From Alphaproteobacteria bacterium (GTDB lineage Bacteria; Pseudomonadota; Alphaproteobacteria; UBA11136), in assembly GCA_016776635.1 (NCBI GenBank), contig JADHSZ010000005.1, positions 5,857 to 69,856 on the forward strand: 64,000 bases of DNA, given 5' to 3'. The notes under the pieces were generated by a model, which searched no databases, had not been told where the DNA came from, and saw only the letters and a program-made list of their open reading frames with translations. Below are positions 58,163-64,000 of this stretch, one piece after another. A program made the translations under genes and the position numbers. Position 1 is the first letter of the stretch; the number at the start of each line of letters is the position of its first letter.

Positions 58163-59208
58163 GGCAGAATCTCCTCAAAAGCCGCCGCCGCCTCGTCCCA
58201 GCCCCAGCTCCGCTGACACTTTAACGATTCTTCGTGGCAGCCGCGCCATAGATCGTCATCACGCAGCAGGGCCACCCCATGGCGGACGAAGTCGGCATCA
58301 TCGCGGGCCACCGCACCGGTGACGCCGTCCACCACCCGTTCCGCCACGCACCCGATGTCCTGGACCACCGCCGGAACGCCCACCGCCTGCGCCTCGCCCA
58401 CGGCAAGACAAAAGGTCTCCCCCACATCGCCGCGATAGAGAAGAACCCGCGAATTGGCCAGTTCCGCGGCCAGTTCCGGCTTCGCCACCGGATCACGCAG
58501 TATCACCCCGCAATCACTTAAGCCACGCGCCTTTTCCAGTACCGGGGCCATGCGCCCGGCATTGGCGTCGCCCACCGCGCCATAGGTGCGGATGCCCGAA
58601 AAGATATGGAGTTCGGCATCGGGCACCTGGGGCCGGATGTCCGCTACCCAGAGATCGAGCAGCCAGTCGAGGGAACGCATGGGATTGGAGGTAAACACCA
58701 CCCGTGGCGGTGGCGGGGTCTTGGCGGAGGTGGCGGTGCGGAAGACTTCGTCGATGCCGTAGGGGATCACGTGACGGTCGCCCGTAGGCACCCAGAAGGG
58801 ACAGGAGGCGGCATGGTGACGGCCCGAAAACACGATCTCCGGCCGCCATTTCAGCAACGGCCATAGATAACGCAGTTTCAGCAGATAGCGCGCCGGGTTG
58901 TGAATCCAGAACACCCGCCGCCGCGCCCGGGGCAGCAGGGGAATGAGGTTATGCCCGCGATTGGCAATATAGAGGTCGGCATCATCGGGGAATTCACCGG
59001 AGTCGAGGGCAGAAGCCAGCGGCGCCCAGTCCACACCGCGATAGCTCAGGGGAGTGTCACAGTTGTTGCGCACGAGAACCTCGTGCCCGCGCGCCGCCAG
59101 GGCATGGGCGAGGCCGATAAAGGCGGATTCCGCGCCGCCAATGGGGGCATTCTCGGGCGTACGGCCATCGAAGCGGATGCCGTCATCGGCCATGACAATA
59201 CGCGCCAT
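58159..59208 (-). CDS. GT4-like glycosyltransferase
   Basis: IGGAES, ETFCLAVGEAQAVGVP; start at MARIVMADDG. Confidence 0.88.
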   Translation of the reverse strand: MARIVMADDGIRFDGRTPENAPIGGAESAFIGLAHALAARGHEVLVRNNCDTPLSYRGVDWAPLASALDSGEFPDDADLYIANRGHNLIPLLPRARRRVFWIHNPARYLLKLRYLWPLLKWRPEIVFSGRHHAASCPFWVPTGDRHVIPYGIDEVFRTATSAKTPPPPRVVFTSNPMRSLDWLLDLWVADIRPQVPDAELHIFSGIRTYGAVGDANAGRMAPVLEKARGLSDCGVILRDPVAKPELAAELANSRVLLYRGDVGETFCLAVGEAQAVGVPAVVQDIGCVAERVVDGVTGAVARDDADFVRHGVALLRDDDLWRGCHEESLKCQRSWGWDEAAAAFEEILP

Positions 59209-60020
59209 CAGTGGTCCCCGGACTCGTCGCCCGAATCCTTGCCCCCAGAATCCTTGCCCCCGGAATCCTCGCCGTGACGGGCCTTGAGATAAGAGAGGAT
59301 GGGAAAGAGACCCGCCAGAAGGGCAACCAGGAACCCCAGTTCGCCCTCGCGGTAACCGCGCCGGCCCACATAGCATTTCCAGAAGCGGGAAAAAATCCGC
59401 CGCAGATTGGCGCCGAAGCTGCCGAGATCACCGGAATCGCGCATATCCAGGGCGCGCGCCGTTGAATAGCTGTCGAGGCGCTTGACCATGTCGGAAATAT
59501 CGCGGTCCACGAAATGCTGAAGCCGGTGTTTCAGGGCCGCGCCTTCCTTGCCGTCGAGAGAGAGAGAGGGATGCACCCGCTGTGCTCCCACCTGTTTCAC
59601 GCCCTTGCGGGTGAGGCCGGGAAAGGCGGAACGGCCGAAGGACGCGCCCCAGCCATAACGCACCAGCCGGTCGCCCACGTAATTGTCTACCGGGATCAGA
59701 TGCCAGTCGGCCTGGGAGGTGGTGATGACTTGGCGGATTTCCACCGCCAGTTCCGTGGTCACCCACTCGTCGGCGTCCACTTCCAGAACCCAGTCACCCT
59801 TGCAGGCGGCGAAGCCCGCATTGCGGCGGTCGCCCTCGAGTTCCCACGACCCTTCCACCAAGCGGCCGGTATAGCGCGCGGCAATGTCCTTGGTGCCGTC
59901 GCTGCAGTCGTCGAGCACCACCACGATCTCGTCGGCGAAGGCCAAACGATCAAGGCAGTCCACGATCCGGTCTTCCTCGTCATGGGCCACCACCAGCGCC
60001 GAAAGTCTGCAGTTGCTCAT
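59208..60020 (-). CDS. GT2 glycosyltransferase (WaaE/KdtX-like)
   Basis: LSALVVAHDEE, ADEIVVV, RRN, VDADE, RVH, GYREG..GF. Confidence 0.9.
   Translation of the reverse strand: MSNCRLSALVVAHDEEDRIVDCLDRLAFADEIVVVLDDCSDGTKDIAARYTGRLVEGSWELEGDRRNAGFAACKGDWVLEVDADEWVTTELAVEIRQVITTSQADWHLIPVDNYVGDRLVRYGWGASFGRSAFPGLTRKGVKQVGAQRVHPSLSLDGKEGAALKHRLQHFVDRDISDMVKRLDSYSTARALDMRDSGDLGSFGANLRRIFSRFWKCYVGRRGYREGELGFLVALLAGLFPILSYLKARHGEDSGGKDSGGKDSGDESGDH
59233..59272. repeat. 15-bp tandem repeat x3 encoding a DSGGK tail
   Basis: GAATCCTTGCCCCC(A/G) units at 59233, 59248 and 59263. Confidence 0.8.
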
Positions 60021-60104
60021 GGCGTGCTCGCCCCCGGCATTGCGCCGCTTTCACCTGTCATGGAACCCCCCGTCATCGGCGCTATGCTAAACGAAAGTGC
60101 GGGA

Positions 60105-61094
60105 TCACGAAACACCGGCGCCGTCATGGCCGCCCTTTCCACAGCGCGCCCACAGATCGACAGCAGCCGTGATAACGGCATCCACGGAAAGACCGCCCAT
60201 CAATGTTCCCGTGGTGCGATGGTTGAAATCGGGCGCCTCCACCAGTTCCCGGTAGCTCTCCCGGGTGCGCACCACCGCCGCGCGCGGGCCGGAGGGCGCG
60301 TAGTGGAGGTCCTGGCTGGGGCCGAACAGGCCCAGAGTGGGAAGCCCGGCGGCGGCGGCCATATGCATGAGGCCTGAATCGTTGCCGATATAGAAATCAC
60401 AGCGTTCGAGACAGGCATAGGCGGTTGGCAGATCCACACCCCCCATCAGGTCGAGGCATTGCGCCTGCGGCACCGATTCAATGATCGGCGTGGCCGCCAC
60501 GCGTTCGTTCTCGGCGCCGAACAGGGCCACCCGCGCGCCGGGGAAAAGCCCGTCGGCGGCGGTGAGGCAGGCGATAAGTTCGACGAAATTCTCGGGCAAC
60601 CATTGTTTGCCGATCCAGTTGGCGGTGGGACCGATGCCGAGAACGAAGTCTCCCTTTGGCACCAGACCCTGCGCCACTTCTTTGGTTTCGGGGGAAACCT
60701 GGAGGCGCGGCAGAGGCGGTTCGTCGAGCCGCAGCACCTGGGCGATTTCCTGTAAACGGTGCAGGGTGGTGGTGCGGCGTTTGCCGCGGAAGATTCTGCG
60801 CCGCAGAGTGGGCAGGAACCAGGCGATGCCGGTGCCCCGTAAATCCACCACCAGATACCACCAGGACAGGACGCAGCGCAGCCATAACAGCACCCAATGG
60901 CCGACTCCGGCGAATTTACGCAGGGCAATGACCCGCACCACATTGGGCATGGCCGCGAACAGGGGCGCGGGAACCTCGCCGCAGGCCACCGTGATGCGGC
61001 AATCGGGATAACGCTCCGCGAGATGGGCCAGAATCCCGGTGGACAGAACCGCGTCGCCGATACGGGTGGCGGTGATGAAAAGGATGTTTTTCAT
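60105..61094 (-). CDS. GT9 (heptosyltransferase-like) glycosyltransferase
   Basis: RIGDAVLS, K.W..ENF, GNDSGLMHMAAA.G.PTLGLFGP. Confidence 0.92.
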   Translation of the reverse strand: MKNILFITATRIGDAVLSTGILAHLAERYPDCRITVACGEVPAPLFAAMPNVVRVIALRKFAGVGHWVLLWLRCVLSWWYLVVDLRGTGIAWFLPTLRRRIFRGKRRTTTLHRLQEIAQVLRLDEPPLPRLQVSPETKEVAQGLVPKGDFVLGIGPTANWIGKQWLPENFVELIACLTAADGLFPGARVALFGAENERVAATPIIESVPQAQCLDLMGGVDLPTAYACLERCDFYIGNDSGLMHMAAAAGLPTLGLFGPSQDLHYAPSGPRAAVVRTRESYRELVEAPDFNHRTTGTLMGGLSVDAVITAAVDLWARCGKGGHDGAGVS

Positions 61095-61202
61095 GGCCCT
61101 GAGTTATAAGCGGCAACGCCCCGCCACGCAAAGCCGCCCTTGCCAAACCTATCCTCCTCCCCTAACTGATACGGGAGCGTATCTAAGCCGTATGGAGCCC
61201 AC

Positions 61203-62120
61203 ATGACCGATACAAGCGCCATCCTTCTCGAAAACAGAGGCATTCTCGCCGTAAGCGGCGGCGATGCGCGGGAGTTCCTTCAGGGGCTGGTGTCCAACGA
61301 CCTGGGCAAGGTTTCGCCCACACAGGCGGTCTACGCCGCCCTGTTGACGCCCCAGGGGCGCTATCTCCATGATTTCTTCATTACGGAGGTAGATGGCGTA
61401 TTTCTTCTCGACTGTGAAGCGGAACGTAGCGCCGACCTCTTGAAGCGCTTGAAGGTCTACACCCTGCGTTCGGAGGTGAGCCTCGCCGACGCGTCTGCCG
61501 ACTATGCGGCGGTCGTCTTTATGGGTGACGGCGCGGGTGAAACGCTGGGGCTTTCGGGAACTCCGGGAGAAGCCATGGCTTTTGGCGGCGGTCTGGCCTA
61601 CACCGATCCGCGTCTGGCGGCACTGGGCGCGCGCGTTCTGGTGCCCCGCGACGGGGCTGAATCGGCCCTGGAGGCCGCCGGGTTTTCCCTCGGCAAGACG
61701 GAGGATTACGAACGGCTGCGGCTGGAACTGGGGGTTCCCGACGGATCGCGCGACATGGAGGTGGAAAAGGCCCTGTTGCTGGAGAACGGGTTCGACGAGC
61801 TGCATGGCGTGGACTGGGAGAAAGGCTGTTACATGGGGCAGGAATTGACCGCCCGCACCAAGCACCGCGGGCTGGTGAGGAAGCGCCTGATGCCGGTGGC
61901 CGTGGACGGCCCCCTTCCCGCCCCCGGCACGCCGGTAATGCTGGGAGAGGCGGAAGTGGGAACCGTGGCTTCGGGGCTGGGAGATCACGCGCTGGCCATG
62001 TTGCGGCTCGAGGCGGTGGAGAATGCGCAGGCGCAAGGTGAAACGCTGAGCGCCGGAGAGGCGCGTCTGACGCCGCAGCAGCCGGACTGGATGAAAATCG
62101 AAACGGCGGAAGAGGGGTAA
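61203..62120 (+). CDS. ygfZ: Folate-binding Fe-S/tRNA-modification protein YgfZ
   Basis: FLQGLVSND, LLTPQGR, KGCYMGQE signature. Confidence 0.93.
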   Translation: MTDTSAILLENRGILAVSGGDAREFLQGLVSNDLGKVSPTQAVYAALLTPQGRYLHDFFITEVDGVFLLDCEAERSADLLKRLKVYTLRSEVSLADASADYAAVVFMGDGAGETLGLSGTPGEAMAFGGGLAYTDPRLAALGARVLVPRDGAESALEAAGFSLGKTEDYERLRLELGVPDGSRDMEVEKALLLENGFDELHGVDWEKGCYMGQELTARTKHRGLVRKRLMPVAVDGPLPAPGTPVMLGEAEVGTVASGLGDHALAMLRLEAVENAQAQGETLSAGEARLTPQQPDWMKIETAEEG

Positions 62121-62126
62121 CGTCCC

Positions 62127-63657
62127 TCAGCGGGTGCGGATGCGGCCAGAAACCTTGGGCGAGACCGTGCCGTGGCGGGAGAGGTAAATCATAAGCGCCT
62201 GGGCCATGGTCAGGCCGGTGGCTTTCTCGTCACGGCCCCGGGCCAGCATTTTGTAGCCATTGCCACCCTGGTACATGTAGTCGTTCACCGCCACCCTGTA
62301 GCCGCGATCCGGATCGAGGGGCTTGCCGCCCACCTCCACCGAGATCACGCGCCGGCCCTTTGGGGCATGGGGGTCATAGACGAAATCCAGCCCCGAGACC
62401 TGGAGAAAACGCCCCGACATATCCGCCACCTTTGATACCCCGTTTTCCAGCGCCGCGCGCAGTTGCGCCCCGGTGAGAGTCAGTGACAACACCTTGGAGG
62501 GGAAAGGCAGGATCGAGAGAATGTCTTTTCGGGTCAGTTCGCCCGGCCCCAAAACGCGGTCGCCCCTGAGGGAGCCGCCGTTGAACAGGGCGATCTCGGC
62601 GTCCACGGCGGCGGCCATGGAATCGGCCACCAGATCACCGAGATTGGACTCGCCGCCGCGCACCACGGCGCGGCGTCCATCCAGCGCCACCGTGGTCTTC
62701 CCCACCAGCGCCGAGAGATCGTCTTTCAGCGTATCCTCATAGACCGCCACCTTGGCGGCGATGGCGGGTTCGGCGGCGACGCCACGGGTCGGGATCATGC
62801 GCCAGGAGGGCGTCACGGAAATCGTTTCCGCGCCTTTTTCGTCCCTCCCCCTGGTCACCTCCAGTTCCACCACGCCAAGGTAATGGGCGTCGAAACCGGC
62901 CTTGTGGATGAGCACGCCGTTTTCAAAATAGGTAATGGGGATATGATCATGGCCGCCGAGGATGAGGTCAATGCCCGCCACCTCGTGGGCAAGTTGGAGG
63001 TCACCCTTGATATGAAGGTGAGTCAGGGCGACGGATGATCTCCGCCCCGGCAGCGCGCAGGGACGCCACCGCCTTGGTGGCGGCGGCCGCCACCGAGACG
63101 AAGGTGATGTCCGGCCCCGGAGAAGAGAGCGTCGCCGTTTTCGGCGTCAGGATGCCGAAAAACCCTACCGTCACGTCCCCGGCCCGCACCAGATGGGTAT
63201 CCTTCAGCCCCAGGGCGGGGGTGCTGCCGCCACGGGTGATCACATTGCTGCCGAGCCAGGGAAACTTCGATTCGCTGAAACGAGCGGCCGCCACGTCGGG
63301 TCCGAAGTCGAATTCATGATTGCCCACCACCGCCACATCCATACCGATGGCGTTCATCAGCGCCACCATCTGTTTGCCCTTGAAGCTGGCCGAGAGCAGG
63401 GAGGGCGAGAACAGGTCGCCGCCGAAAGTGGTGATGGCCCGGGGGTGTTTCGCCCGCTCGGCGGCAAGCAGGGTCATGAGCGGGGCGAAACCGCCCTGCC
63501 CGTCCTGGGGTGCGATTTGATAGATGTCGTTCACATGGAGGAAAGTGAGGCGGGCGGAGTCGCCTGCCCGTGCCGGAGGCGCGAAGAGAAAAACAGCCGG
63601 GGAGACGCAGAGGAGGACGGCCACCAACAGGGAAATCCACCATCCGCGCCGTGTCAT
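62127..63657 (-). pseudogene. Bifunctional metallophosphatase/5'-nucleotidase split by a 1-bp insertion (pseudogene or sequence error)
   Basis: HVND, GGD, GNHEFD in the 5' frame; LTH, GGHDH, NGGSLR, QVSG in the 3' frame. Removing one G at 63033-63034 joins AGAEII to VALTH. Confidence 0.8.
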
Positions 63658-63661
63658 GGGT

Positions 63662-64000
63662 CTATCCCTCGATCTTGGAGAAATCGGCCACCGCGCCCAT
63701 GACCCCGCCGATATGGGAGAGCAGTTTGAGCCGGTTGGCGCGCAGGCTTACATCCTCGCAATTGACGGTCACATGGTCAAAGAAAGCATCCACGGGAGCG
63801 CGTAGCGCCGCCATTGCGGTCATGGCGGCGGTGAAATCCTCGGCCTTGAGTTTGGCCGTGCTTTCCTTTTCCACCGCACCCAGGGCCTCATGGAGGGTTT
63901 TTTCTTCATCCGCTTCGAGACGCTTCGCCTCCACCTTGCCACCATGGGAGGCGCCGTCCTTCTTTTCCTCAATGGCGACGATATTCACCGCGCGGTTATA
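63662..64000 (-). CDS. glyS: Glycine--tRNA ligase beta subunit, 3' end
   Basis: YNRAVNI...EEKKD, LR.PVDAFFD.VTVN, R.NRL.LL, ADFSKIEG. Confidence 0.92.
   Translation of the reverse strand, partial: YNRAVNIVAIEEKKDGASHGGKVEAKRLEADEEKTLHEALGAVEKESTAKLKAEDFTAAMTAMAALRAPVDAFFDHVTVNCEDVSLRANRLKLLSHIGGVMGAVADFSKIEG

Overview
GC-rich alphaproteobacterial chromosome segment. Gene order suggests a Rhodospirillales-type organism (inference). It is mostly conserved core genome: typA, tRNA-Met, mnmA, a complete cysE-iscR-iscS2-iscS-iscU-iscA-hscB-hscA-fdx-iscX operon with an IscR box over its promoter, anmK/tyrS, yhdP/glnE/bcp, prfB with its programmed frameshift, mrcA, amiC, rne, bepA-dsbA, aroQ-accB-accC-aat, DUF2155/mlaD/mlaD/NDUFA12, nrdJ with NrdR boxes, pyrC, an asnB-GT4-GT4-GT2-GT9 envelope cluster, ygfZ, a frameshifted 5'-nucleotidase and the 3' end of glyS. 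I saw no CRISPR array, prophage, integrase or transposase. The unusual signal is small-scale. (1) A secreted ankyrin gene is bracketed by two co-oriented palindromic ATGTC(C/T)GC...CATAAGCGGACC repeats, like a single gene cassette. (2) A tRNA-linked-repeat-like structured element lies behind tRNA-Met. (3) A GAF/HD-GYP phosphodiesterase carries an inserted array of ten Arg-Arg pairs at a 6-residue period, a possible c-di-GMP-binding array. (4) A CIR/RIME-like MITE and several solo ends supply TAG stop codons, and one end merges into a CtrA box. (5) Short tandem duplications recur at gene ends and starts, many containing GANTC. All calls come from reading the sequence by eye; no searches were run.
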